A DNA stretch of 64,000 nucleotides from Tubulanus polymorphus (Eukaryota; Animalia; Nemertea), in the NCBI RefSeq assembly GCF_964204645.1, contig NC_134029.1, forward strand, positions 12,426,850 through 12,490,849, written 5' to 3'. A model generated the notes under the pieces. It ran no database searches and had not been told where the DNA came from. It saw only the letters and a program-made list of their open reading frames with translations. Shown here in pieces: positions 51,660-64,000 of the stretch; position 1 is the stretch's first letter, and every line of letters starts with the position of its first letter. The translations under genes were made by a program, and so were the position numbers.

Positions 51660-52342
51660 GGTTGTAGTTAAAAGCCCCCTCTGTAAAAATCCTCTAGGTA
51701 AAAATCCCCAAATATTCAAAGTAGGTAAAATTCCCCACTTTTCAATGATGTTCAAGAACATTTCAAAGCAAAATGTTTCTGAAATTTTATTTATTTGCAA
51801 TGAGATTGAAATATGTTTGAACTGTGCAATGAAATCTTTCGTTGGGGTGAATTAGTTAACTCTTAGAATAAGATAAATTGTTAGAATTAATAAGAATAAT
51901 GAACTTATTATTCTTTATATCGTACAATTCGAACTGCAATGGTATATTTTTGAACTGTGAAATCGTGTTAACTTGTATTTCAGCTGTGCGATGCCATGAG
52001 TTAATAGAAATAATGAACGTTTAATTTGAAATACTTTAGATTCAAGCTAGTGCGATAAATTTTAAATGTGCGATGAACCCTTTCATTAACTGCTATAACT
52101 TAAAGTACTAATTTGGTATTAATGAACTGTTAATTTGTTGTAAGTTTTAATGCAATTAGTGTATACTATAGTTTGTACGCTCGTGATATCCTTATGGTTT
52201 TCCACGGTAAAATATAAATAAATTGGATATGTGTATCTGAATTAATTTACCTCAAATTGTATCACTTCATTCAAAAGGAGGGGGATTTTTACCTACTCTG
52301 AAGAATTGGGGATTTTTACCTAGGGGATTTTTACCGCTAACC
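51660..52342. mobile_element. Mutator-family MITE
   Basis: TIRs of the same family as 49958; 9-bp TSD AGAGCTAAC / AGAGCTTAC. Confidence 0.8.
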
Positions 52343-52759
52343 AGAGCTTACAAGCCATTATACATTGAACCTTATTTAATCTAGATGACCCCGTAATTCC
52401 TTCAATTACGTACGTACACAATATGATCACGGAAAGCGTACCAGGTGATAACGAATAATTACTCGGCCACTATATATTGATATTACGAATCGATGTATTT
52501 AATTCGGTTATCTAAACTCAGTCTACAATTCTTTAAATCACTAGTTAATTAAAAGGGTTAGGGGTAAAAAAAATCACCTAGTTAAAGATCCCCTATAGGT
52601 AATGTCCCCTCGGTGAAAAACCCCAATTCTCCAAAGTAGGTAACCCCCTACATTTTGATTTGGAGCGCAAGTAGATACAATTTTAAGGTCAATTTATTCA
52701 TATTATTTACGTACTTCTACGAATCTACGAGCAATTATCTGAAATTCAAACCATAGAAC

Positions 52760-52933
52760 CACAGGGGCTCGTTTCAGAGTTGTAGATTATGTAAAAACGA
52801 TAATCTGTTAATGCAATGTATATAGTATATGTAAAATAACTTTATATATTATATTATTTTATATATACTATATACATTGGATTAACAGATTATCGTTTTA
52901 ACATTACCTACAACTCTGATACGAGCCCCTGTG
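52760..52933. mobile_element. Hairpin MITE (174 bp)
   Basis: CACAGGGGCTCGT...ACGAGCCCCTGTG with ~80-bp arms; flanks CATAGAAC / CATAGCAC (8 bp). Confidence 0.7.
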
Positions 52934-54941
52934 CATAGCACAGGTGGATCCGTTTCATTTATGATTGTGCACTAAAAAGAACAAATTGCTGCTTATACCA
53001 TAGCTAGAAATGTCTTCACATTGCTTAAGACCATAAAAACACCTTTTAGCAACAATTCTACTTGACCTCCCTACCATGTCGCCAGGATCGAGGTTCCCAG
53101 CGCCTAGTTTTGCCTGTGCACAATTCGAAAGAGCGCTTTGAAAAGGGTACTCCCAAAAACTTGGTGATCTTTCATTGTATTTCCAAGTGACCATTTCATT
53201 TGAATAACCAACACTCTCGTAAAACCATCAAAATTGTCAATTTGTTTATGTTCAATATGCTGCAAATGCAATATCTTTTTATTTCTCCAAAAACAACTTG
53301 TCATTTCTTCAAGTCGATCACGGAGTGGGGTTTATCACGATCTAGGCGCTTTTTTCAGATTAATTCAAAAGACGCATGAATCTTTTCTGCCATGTTTACA
53401 GTGATAACCCTTATGGCCTTATCCCCAGTGATCCTGACAAGTAAGCGTTGATAAACGTTGCATTTTACGGTACTTGATGGGCCAGCCAAAGGTTTCTTTG
53501 AACTTTTTGGTTGAGTGAATTCTCTACAATTTTTATCTTTTCGAAATTTCAAACCTGAACTCAGTTCACAAAAATTCCCCTGACGTCAATAATCATAATT
53601 AGATAAAAATTACACAATATGTTTTTGACAAATATTTATTAATATATGTAATAAAAATGTGCATTTTTTATTAAAATTGTTAGATGGAAGATGGGAAGAT
53701 TGTTAGATGGGAAATTCAATGATTTTAAAGCAGGGCCACATTCAGGCATCGGCTACTGGCAGCTCTAGTACCTGCATTGATTAAAGTAGGTCTGTAAACG
53801 AATTAATACGGTATGGGAGAAAATGGCCTCTATATCCTGCAAGTCTGGTCTGGATTTTTCGCCGATGAGTCAACAGCCGAAACTTCGTAGTTTGATTTTG
53901 ATAAATTCCGTCGTATAAAATTGTTATGTGAGATCAAATGTAATAAATATAGAATGTGTGAAGGGCTGGGATCACCTGCAATCTCCATTTCCTTAGAAAC
54001 AAAATCCACATTGGAATCAGATAGATAAAACGAAAATTTCCATACAAAGACTTTATTATTATTCAAGCTTTATTTTCATTTTTCAATCACATATTCAATC
54101 TATACATGCCACTTGTAAAAAAAATAGAAATAAGGCAGTTGGATGATACATGCTGTATACTGCTATATACACATCTACCAGCTACATAACCTCATATTTT
54201 AACGTTAACCTGATACTAATTAAAAGTTCATCATTATCATACCAGTCCCCAAATTAATCAGCCATTATAAAGCATCAACCAAGATTACAGTTTGATAATC
54301 ATTATGTTTATAACTCCAGAGATGTTTACAAGGAAGTCAATCCAAAGTCAAATTTGGTTAAGTGCTCATAATGATAAGTCAAAGTGATGTTTGAAACATA
54401 AATACTCAAGTCACAATCTGTATTTCTAATATGTATTTATAATCAAATCTGCCAAATGTAAGTGATCATCTGGATAAGTCGTCACTTTTATCACAATCCC
54501 CAAAGTGTCGAGTTAACCGTGGTTAACTGTTTTAGTTGAATCAACACATCAAAAGGGACTCCCACCCTACGGTCTTATAATCACTCGATACGGTTCAGAT
54601 ACGGTTCAGAAGAAGAGTTAACAGCGTGATAAGTCTTATTGGTTCCCACTCTGTTTCTCTGTTTGTAGTTTTCTGTCAGTATGCTGCAAGTAGATAAAAA
54701 AATGTATGTCAATTATCAAAATTTTATGTGATTTTGTATAAATATGTAATAATGAATACTCACAACTGTTCACAGCATTTCTTCTTTATGCTCGCCAGTT
54801 CAGCATTCATCATAACCTGGTAACATATTATCTGCCAATCCATTTACTTATAACCCTAGGAGGCACTGGTGGTCGACTCAATACGAAAACAGCAATCTTC
54901 CCTGCTAATAAAAACGTGGACAATACATAAATGTCTATTAT

Positions 54942-55231
54942 GATGGGCGTCACCAGGATTTTTTTGGAGTTCATTTTTAGGAATAAGGGGGTCTGGGTGT
55001 CCTCCCCAGAAAATTTTGTGCAAGCAGGCGTGTTCTGGTGCAATCTGAGGCCGATAGGTAGACTGGTTCCCGTTTATAGGTAGACTGGTTCCCGTTTACT
55101 TTGTCTTTGCATGTATTGATTTTATTTTGCTAATTTAGCAAATGCAAACCATGAGCCGACGTTCGTCGACGTTTGAAAATTCAAAAAAAGGGGGTTCGTT
55201 TTAACTACCGAATCCCCCTAGCGACGCCCAT
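54942..55231. mobile_element. Small TIR element, possibly hAT-like MITE
   Basis: ATGGGCGTCACCAGG ... CCTAGCGACGCCCAT inverted ends. Confidence 0.45.
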
Positions 55232-55981
55232 GATTACTGATACACACACAGGCCCAGACTGTGGTATTAACTTTAACCCGGGGGCCAACTCAATTAAGAA
55301 AAAAATTAATGTGCATGATCACCCAGACAGCATATTTCACAATAACAGATGTACACACTCTCACGAGCAGTTTCCAGCAAAAAATAAATATCTCCTATCT
55401 GTCCAGCAAGTAAGTAAGAAATGCTTGTGAAAACCAAGCAATGTGACATGTGACAATATAAGCATCCCAGGGGCAGATCCAGGCTGGGAAAAATGGGGTG
55501 GGGGTTCACTTTATATGACAAGGGCATTTTATCGTTGTGAAAAGTGTCCAGTCGCATTGAGTGGGGCAGGCGCGACACACCACTAAGCTGCAGACTTTTG
55601 TCATATGCTGAGATCATTTGTAGGGTGGAATCTTTTGTAGTGAGATTTTCTAAAGGGCTGGTCAGAAAAGGAGTTGCAACCCTGGATCTGAGCATCCCTC
55701 AAAACAAGTTAGACAATCCCGTCCGAAAAACTCCCAGTAATTTACTCTACATACCATACCGGGGCAAGTTGGTAGGCTCCAAAAGTTACCAAAACCATTG
55801 GCATTGCCATTTGGCCAGTGTCTATTTCCAAAGACGTTGGACTGGTTCAACGTCCCTTTGGTTTTGGAGATGATATCGATGATTTTGAATGATAGGACCT
55901 AAACATGCAGTAAATTAGGACATGCAAAAAATTAGCCAGTTTTGTTGAATAAGACAAGTGACGTGAAAAACATGACAGAGC

Positions 55982-56101
55982 AGATCTTTACACGGACTTG
56001 ACACAAAACGATTTTGACCTCAGTATCCTAGGTACTGTCTTTTTATATATAGTACCTAGGATACTGGGGTCAAAATCCTTTTTTCAAGTCCCTGTGGATC
56101 T
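55982..56101. repeat. ~120-bp imperfect palindrome near the right TIR
   Basis: GGACTTGA...GATTTTGACCTCAGTATCCTAGGTACT / AGTACCTAGGATACTGGGGTCAAAATC...TCAAGTCC. Confidence 0.8.
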
Positions 56102-56248
56102 TTTAGTTAAATGTTTAAATTCCAAAGCGGAACCAAGAAGTGACAGCGTAGCGCAGCGCACCTAGAGCGGCGCGCAGCCGTGAAGGTTGAAAATGACACC
56201 CTCTAGCGGTTCCTTGTTTGATGTGGTTCCTCGAATGCTACCCCGACA

Positions 56249-57785
56249 CACGTCGATTCGTCGATGTTTACGGCTCGACAGTGCTTTTAAAATCTAAAGT
56301 AGTAAATTTCCAGTGTATCGGTAATATGATTTGATGAGGAAAATGGGCTATTGTTAAAATCACTGTTTGAAGACCGCGACTGAATTTGAAGTCTGCCGCA
56401 ATAAATTAGTTCATTTATACTTGAATTGATAATCGAAGTGACAGTCGGCCTGCGGGTTGATTTCGGGATGACGACTCGAAAAACATGTCGCCCCATTGAA
56501 TGGGGCTAAATTGTCGATGTTTACGGCCCGACAGCGCTTTTGTAACGATGATTCGTGAAAAAACACGCGGGCTATTTGTAGATCTCAGTGAGCTGAACGA
56601 TATTATATGGATTGTATATGAAACAGCGGTAAGGTAACAAAGCCTATGTTCTTTTGGTAAAAATAGTGTGGAAGAAAATAATAATAATAAATATAGCTGC
56701 AAAGCAGCGATAACGGGTTTTCTGCACAGTCTTAGAATCCTGTTCAACGGTGGATTTCGACGAAGCATTTGATAATGCACAACATCAACCATTACTAAAC
56801 AGGCTCCATGGAAACAGTAACCATGATAGGTCGCTCAAATGGCTCAGCAGTTATCTCTGAACGAAAACTTGTAGCCGAAATCAACGGAACACCTCATCTT
56901 GGAATAAGTCGATCTAACTAGTGGAGTCACGCATGGTAGTATCCTGAGTTGTCTTCTGTTTATTGTCCTGACAAATGGCATACACAGTAATCCAACATAT
57001 ACCTGACCGAGTAAATTTCCAAATCGACCTTAACGCGCTGTTCGACCAAAAAACTTAATGTTCCAACAAGAAAATCTTGTTCGAATGAAAATAATTCTGT
57101 TTGATAGAACAATACGCTTTTTGCTTGAACCAAAAATTTTCTTCATTCTGACAAAAAATGTGTTCGAACAAAAAGCTATGTTATTGTTGAAATGAAAAAA
57201 AATTTGGTTGAGCGAAAACAATTTTTTTCGAACAAATGTTTGAATGAAAACGATTCTGTTCGATTGAACAAAATACTTAATACTTTCGGTTCGGAGAAAA
57301 AACTTTTTTCAATATACTTGTTCGAACGAAAAACTTAATGTTCTGACAAGAAAATTCTGTTCAAATTAAAACGATTCTGTTCAATTGAATGATTGTTCGA
57401 ACGAAAAACCTTTCGTTTGGACAAAAAAAAGTTTGTTCAACTTTGTTCTAACGATTTTTTCAAATTGGTTCAATTGTATAGAATATTATTGGTTCGAACG
57501 AAATAAATTTTGTTCCGACGAAAGAATTTTCAAGCGAAAGGTCTTTTGAACGAAAGAAAAAGATATTTCTGGTGCTCCGCAGTAACTTAAAGCCAGACGT
57601 AGGTTGTTCTTGTGACACGATGCGATCCTCGCGTTGCATCGCAAGTTTCGATGCAAGTCGCTTGCAATACGATTGTGTGCAACTAGTTTCTGCCAGTCGC
57701 AAGAGCGCGTCGGTTGGTTGTGACAGTCGTGTCGCGTCGCAGAAAGTAGAACACCTACGACTCCATGTGACTGGCGTTGCTGAAA
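56249..57785. repeat. Continuation of the composite repeat unit interrupted at 30006
   Basis: 29487-30006 plus 56255 onward is collinear with 59744-61739. Confidence 0.9.
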
Positions 57786-58037
57786 GATGAGGACGCCAGT
57801 GATATGACGACTGAGTTTCAAGTCGTCGAAACGTCACGATATGTCGACATATTCATGTCGAATTGATGCGATATATCGACATGAATATGGCGACTTGTCG
57901 AGTAGGAACGCAACAACTCGAGGCCCTTTATCGCTTCCGTAGATCTTTCATTGAGTAGGATCACTTGAATGATCGCTTTAATATCACTCTAAAAAAAAAG
58001 AATCTGCCAAAATGACCTTAATATTCGACACTATATC

Positions 58038-58454
58038 TACGGAAGCGATAAGGGGCCTCGGAGATGACGCGTTCCAACTCGACAAGTCGCCATATTATTG
58101 TCGACATACCGCGATGTATCGCGTCAAGTCGACATGAATATGTCGATATATCGTGACGTTTTGACGACATATTTCGTTTTCTTAACCATTTTCCTCGCGA
58201 CAAGTCGACATATTCATGACGACTTGAAACTCAGTCGTCATATTACTGGCGTCCTCATCTTACATTTAGACATGTCTTCAAATGACGGCTTGTCCCGTGG
58301 AAAATGAGCAAATAAGCGAAATTTGTCGTGAAAACGTCACGATATGTAGACATATTCATGTGGACTTGACACGATATATCGCGATATATCGACATAAATA
58401 TGGCGACTTGTCGAGTTTGAACATGAAAACTCGAGGCCCTTTATCGCTTCCGTA
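58038..58454. mobile_element. IS3EU-like MITE, the BEL-free equivalent of 18778-25518
   Basis: TACGGAAGCG...CGCTTCCGTA flanked by CTATATC on both sides; single CATCT at the BEL site. Confidence 0.8.
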
Positions 58455-58543
58455 CTATATCAGATTAATCGACTTCAAAATAGGCGAAAGCATAAGTCTT
58501 TATAACGTTATTAATTTGCCTAATTATTCAAAAGCTAATAATG

Positions 58544-59743
58544 TGGGCGACAAAACCAAAAAAATTAATTGTCGCGGGCGATAAAACCAAAATAATCAAT
58601 TGTCGCGGGCGATAAAACCAAAATAATCAATTGTCGCTGGCGATAAAACCAAAATATTCAATTGTCGCGGGCGACAAAACCAAAAAAATGAATTGTCGCG
58701 GGCGATAAAACCAAAACAATGAATTGTCGCGGGCGACAAAACCAAAATATTCAATTGTCGTGGGCAACAAAACCAAACTAATGAATTGTCGCGGGCGATA
58801 AAACCAAAATAATAAATTGTCCCAGGCGATAAAACCAAAAAAATGAATTGTCGCGGGCGATAAAACGAAAATCATGAATCGTCGCGGGCGACAAAACCAA
58901 ACTAATGAATTGTCGCGGGCGATAAAGCCAAAATAATGAATTGTCGCGGGCGATTAAACCAAAATATTGAAGTGTCGCAGGCGATAAAACGGCGACAAAA
59001 AGAGAAAAAAATTGTCGCGGGCGATAAAACCAAAATATTGAATTGTCGTGGGCGACAAATCCAAAAAATGAATTGTCGCGGGCGATAAAACCAAAATCTT
59101 GAATTGTCGCCATTGTCACGTGCGACAAAACCAAAATAATGAATTGTTGCGGGCGATAAAACCAAAATATTGAAGTGTCGCAGGCGATAAAACCGCGACA
59201 AAAAGAGAAAAAAATTGTCGCGGGCGATAAAACCAAAATAATGAATTGTCGCGGGCGATAAAACCAAAATATTGAATTGTCATGGGCGACAAATCCAAAA
59301 AATGAATTGTCGCGGGCGATAAAACCAAAATCTTGAATTGTCGCCATTGTCGTGTGCGACAAAACCAAAATAATGAATTGTCGCGGGCGATAAAACCAAA
59401 ATAATGAATTGTCGCGGGCGACAAAATCAAAATATTGAATTGTCGTGGGCGACAAAATCAAAATATTGTTTTGTCGCGGGTGACAAAACCAAATTAATGA
59501 ATTGTCGCGGGCGATAAAACCAAAATAATGAATTGTCGCGGGCGATAAAACCGAAATAATGAATTGTCGCGGGCGATAAAACCAAAATATTGAATTGTCA
59601 CGTGTGACAAACCAAAATAATGAATTGTCGTGGGCGACAAAATCAAAGTCATGGTTTTCTCGCGTAATTTTAGTTTTGTCGTTTTGTCGTAATGTCGCCC
59701 TCATTTGCATATTCTTGTTTTTTTTATCTTATCAGCCACCATA
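58544..59743. repeat. 31-bp minisatellite array D with the ...CAGCCACCATA terminus
   Basis: Same left flank as array C; shorter array. Confidence 0.95.
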
Positions 59744-62726
59744 CTAAAGCCTTAAGGTCGCGTAAAACTCGATAAACACTTAAAGCGACACAGCGAACGA
59801 TCTCCTTTCCCCCACAGCGAACGCTTACTCCGAATGTCAAGTGTGAGTCCAACATACGGATAGGAGTGTGCTATATAATTGTATTTAGTAAATACCTTGT
59901 GCATTTGACAATGATCGGTATGTACTGTAGGAAATATAGAGTATTGATAAATGGTTGAAGCCCGCGGCCGAATAAAGTAATATATTCTTTTATTTTGATA
60001 CCTCGTCGACATAACAGCTTTTCTCCGCCATATCTCTTCGGCCTGTTTAGTTTAGGCCTACGATTCCCCAGTACACTAAAGATTTATCTTAGTAAATACA
60101 CGGTTAATTCGGTAAAGAAAATAGGTATTGTTAAACTAACTCCTTGAAACCCGCAGCCAAATCACTGGTAGTAATAAATTAATTTGTACTCGATTTGATT
60201 CTCATGATGAGGAGAAACTCGCAGCTGATCCCCGGAACGACGATGTAGTAACACACGTCGATTCGTCGATGTTTACGGCTCGACAGTGCTTTTAAAATCT
60301 AAAGTAGTAAATTTCCAGTGTATCGGTAATATGATTTGATGAGGAAAATGGGCTATTGTTAAAATCACTGTTTGAAGACCGCGACTGAATTTGAAGTCTG
60401 CGGCAATAAATTAGTTCATTTATACTTGAATTGATAATCGAAGTGACAGTCGGCCTGCGGGTTGATTTCGGGATGACGACTCGAAAAACATGTCGCCCCA
60501 TTGAATGGGGCTAAATTTTCGATGTTTACGGCCCGACAGCGCTTTTGTAACGATGATTCGTGAGAAAACACGCGGGCTATTTGTAGATCTCAGTGAGCTG
60601 AACGATATTATATGGATTGTATATGAAACAGCGGTAAGGTAACAAAGCCTATGTTCTTTTGGTAAAAATAGTGTGGAAGAAAATAATAATAATAATAATC
60701 ACGCGGATATCAATAGGGTTTTCTGTGAAATAACAGAAAACCCTAATAATCACGCGGATATCAATAGGGTTTTCTGTGAAATAACAGAAAACCCTAAATA
60801 TAGCTGCAAAGCAGCGATAACGGGTTTTCTGCACAATCTTAGAATCCAGTTCAACGGTGGATTTCGACAAAGCATTTGATAAGGCACAACATCAGGCATT
60901 ACTAACCAGGCAATTAGGAAACATCATTAATGATAGGTCACTCAAATGGCTCAGCAGTTATCTCTGAACGAAAACTTGTAGCCGAAATCAACGGTACGCC
61001 TCATCTTGGAATAAGTCAGTCTAACTAGTGGAGTCACGCAAGGTATTATCCTAAGTTGTCTTCTGTTTAATGTCCTGACAAATGACATACACAGTAATCC
61101 AACATATACCTGACCGAGTAAATTTCCAAATCGAACTTAACGCGCTGTTCGACCAAAAAACTTAATGTTCCAACCAGAAAATCTTGTTCGAATGAAAATA
61201 ATTCTGTTTGATCGAACAATACGCTTATTGCTTGAACCAAAAATTTTCTTCATTCTGACAGAAAATGTGTTCGAATAAAAAGCTATGTTATTGTTAAAAT
61301 GAAAAATTTGGTTGAGCGAAAACAATTTTTTCGAACGAATATTTGAATGAAAAAAATTCTGTTCGATTGAACGAAATACTTAATACTTTCGGTTCGGAGA
61401 AAAAACTTTTTTCAATATACTTGTTCGAACGAAAAACTTAATGTTCTGACAAGAAAATTCTGTTCAAATTAAAACGATTCTGTTCAATTGAATGATTGTT
61501 CGAACGAAAACCCTTTCGTTTGGACAAAAAAAAGTTTGTTCAACTTTGTTCTAACGATTTTTTCAAATTGGTTCAATTGTATAGAATATTATTGGTTCGA
61601 ACGAAATAAATTTTGTTCCGACGAAAGAATTTTCAAGCGAAAGGTCTTTTGAACGAAAAAAAAGATATTTCTGGTGCTCCGCAGTAACTTAAAGCCAGAC
61701 GTAGGTTGTTCTTGTGACACGATGCGATCCTCGCGTTGCTACGGAAGCGATAAGGGGCCTCGAGTTGTCGCGTTCCAACTCGTCAAGTCGCCATATTTAT
61801 GTCGACATTTCGCGATATATCGCGTCAAGTCGACATGAATATGTCGTAATATCGTAACGTTTTCACGACAAATTTCGCTTTCTCGACCACTTTCCTCGCG
61901 ACAAGTCGACATATTCACGACGACTTGAAACTCAGTCGTCATATTACTGGCGTCCTCATCTTACATTTAGACATGTCTTCAAATGACCGTTTGTCCCGTG
62001 GAAAATGGGCGAAAAAGCGAAATTTGTCGTGAAAACGTCACGATATATCGACATATTCATGTCGACTTGACGCGATATTTCGCGATATGTCGAAATAAAT
62101 ATGGCGACTTGTCGAGTTGGAACGCGACATCTCGAGGCCCCTTATCGCTTCCGTACGTTGCATCGCAAGTTTCGATGCAAGTCGCTTGCAATACGATTGT
62201 GTGCGACTAGTTTCTGCCAGTCGTAAGAGCGTGTCGGTTGGTTGTGACAGTCGTGTCGCGTCGCAGAAAGTAGAACACCTACTCCATGTGACTGGCGTTG
62301 CTGAAAGATGAGGACGCCAGTGATATGACGACTGAGTTTCAAGTCGTCAAAACGTCACGATATGTCGACATATTCATGTCGAATTGATGCGATATATCGA
62401 CATAAATATGGCGACTTGTCGAGTTGGAACGCAACAACTCGAGGCCCTTTATCGCTTCCGTAGATCTTTCATTCACGTAGATCTTTCATTCAAGTAGGAT
62501 CACTTGAATGATCGCTTTAATATCACTTTAAAAAAAAAGAATCTGCCAAAATGACCTTAATATTCGACACTATATCTACGGAAGCGATAAGGGGCCTCGA
62601 GATGACGCGTTCCAACTCGACAAGTCGCCATATTATTGTCGACATACCGCGATGTATCGCGTCAAGTCGACATGAATATGTCGATATATCGTGACGTTTT
62701 GACGACATATTTCGTTTTCTCAACCA
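59744..62726. repeat. Composite repeat unit, containing the empty site of the giant transposon, with MITE copies
   Basis: Collinear with 29487-30006 plus 56255-58190. Confidence 0.85.
61740..62155. mobile_element. IS3EU-like MITE, 416 bp, 6-bp TSD CGTTGC
   Basis: TIRs TACGGAAGCGATAAGGGGCCTCGAG / CTCGAGGCCCCTTATCGCTTCCGTA. TSD at 61734-61739 and 62156-62161. Empty site at ~57632. TAY..RTA termini with a 6-bp TSD match IS3EU. Confidence 0.85.
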
Positions 62727-63727
62727 AGTGTTTGGCCTTCACCGTTTCAGAACCAAATTCAGCGAAGAATTACAGCAGAACCTTCAGAAAGTTTGGTCGG
62801 AAGCGTTACGGAAAGTTACGAGAGAAATCAGACCAATCGGCATATTATTACGATAAAAAGGTCCATGGTTGCGCACTAGCAGTAGGTGATACTGTTCTAG
62901 TTCGAAATGTCGGCCTGAAAGGTAGACAGAAACTAGCTGACAACTGGGAATCTGTACTGTATAAAGTAATCGAACAACCTGATGAGGACTTTCCAGTATT
63001 CGTTGTACAGGGTGAAGAAGGCAGGAAAAAACGGACATTGCATCGAAATATGCTGTTCCCCCTGGTATTTCTGGTAAGAGAGACTTTTGAATTGAAACAG
63101 CCTAAACCTGTAAAAGAAAAAGTTATGAAAAGGACGGGTGAGAGTAAATCAATTGAGGAAGAAACTGTAGATGAAACCAATGATTTTGACAGTCCATCTG
63201 ATAACAGTTCAGATGATCAAGTGGTTCTGATCACCATTTCGAAAGATTGTCCGGAGTTGTCTACACAGAATGAAGGTCATGAGATCTCAACTTCTGAGAA
63301 TTTACTCGAATCACCAGTCCTCGAGGATAACCGTAACCGTAGTCGTAGCAAAACAACAGATGAATCCAGTATTGTCCTGGAAAATAGAGACAACACTATT
63401 CGAGAACCATCACTACCTCCTGTGGACTCGCCTAATCAGAAAATGAATGTCAATAATGCGGAATTAGATGTAAATAATTTGAACTTAGACATACACGATG
63501 CAGAATCAGACGTAGATGATACGGAATTGAAAGAGACGTCCCCGGAAGTTCCAATAAAACGTTCGACACGAGTTCGAAAGCCTCCGGTTAAATTACAGAA
63601 TTATGTAGTAGGAGCGACGACAGTTTCTGACTGGCAACTTAAAGCTGAGATGTTACTCTCTGTGGCCAAGGATCCTGCCATCGCATCAAATCCGTTGATT
63701 TTGCAATCCTTACTATCTGTAATCTAG
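62727..63727 (+). pseudogene. Ty3/Gypsy pol 3' fragment (post-integrase region)
   Basis: YYDKKV...LAVGDTVLVRN...KLADNWE...YKV...PVFVV...RTLHRNMLFP and PIKRSTRVRKPPVKLQNY. The first ~30 aa of the tracked ORF are MITE sequence. Confidence 0.8.
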
Positions 63728-64000
63728 CAACGCTGAACATTTAGTATGTGTATATATAGAAAAAAAAAAACAGAATGAAAACCAGTATTGACATGTCTGA
63801 GGCATCTGAGATGACGATTGAGATGATGACATGTTAGGAATTAATCTGCAGCAAGTTGACTCATGACTGGTTGTGAGTTTACGTCTGGGTAATAAACGGT
63901 TGACTTAAAGTATGAGTGGCACAGGTACATTAAGTAGTGAGTTTACATGGGATGTATTTTGATATCCTTTGGTATTGTGGTTAGGATAATTTTTTTTTGG

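Larger units (their letters stand above)
30007..56248 (+). mobile_element. Giant (26.2 kb) GingerRoot-like integrase-type DNA transposon
   Basis: Ends TGTTGGAGTAGTATTC... and ...GAATGCTACCCCGACA; 39/52 TIR identity by hand count. TSD CACGTC at 30001-30006 and 56249-56254. Empty site GTAACACACGTCGATTCG at ~60247-60264. Encodes a DDE integrase. Confidence 0.88.

Noticed and set aside
30007-56248. Giant element as a Polinton or an LTR retrotransposon
   Set aside because: Termini are TGT..ACA inverted repeats rather than AG-type ends or direct LTRs; no polB, ATPase, capsid, RT or gag is seen; the integrase gene is intron-rich.
62636-62726. Start of the 363-aa ORF
   Set aside because: Chimeric: MITE sequence reads into a Gypsy fragment by chance.

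Overview
Repeat-dense eukaryotic DNA, probably from an invertebrate animal (spliceosomal introns, animal-type transposons). No ordinary host gene is visible. The background is a ~2.67-kb composite tandem repeat carrying a decayed LINE reverse-transcriptase fragment, plus four arrays of a 31-bp minisatellite. Three main insertions sit in this background. (i) An intact, recent BEL/Pao LTR retrotransposon (19000-25319) has 212-bp LTRs, a CATCT target-site duplication (TSD) and a tRNA-His primer-binding site. (ii) A 26.2-kb TGT...ACA DNA transposon (30007-56248) has ~52-bp imperfect terminal inverted repeats (TIRs) and a perfect 6-bp TSD (CACGTC); empty copies of its target site are present in the window. 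(iii) There are many MITEs, Helentron-like elements, and Mutator, CACTA-like, Gypsy and possible Polinton fragments. The main result is that the large element carries a hand-reconstructed ~26-exon, ~974-aa uninterrupted reading frame that the ORF track misses. It joins a catalytically complete USP (C19) deubiquitinase to a GingerRoot/KRBA2-type DDE integrase, followed by a SHI/STY-like zinc finger and a MUM1/PWWP3-C-like domain. The USP exons form a phase-0/phase-0 module bracketed by inverted intronic repeats. Exon models and family assignments were read by eye and need RNA-seq and HMM confirmation.
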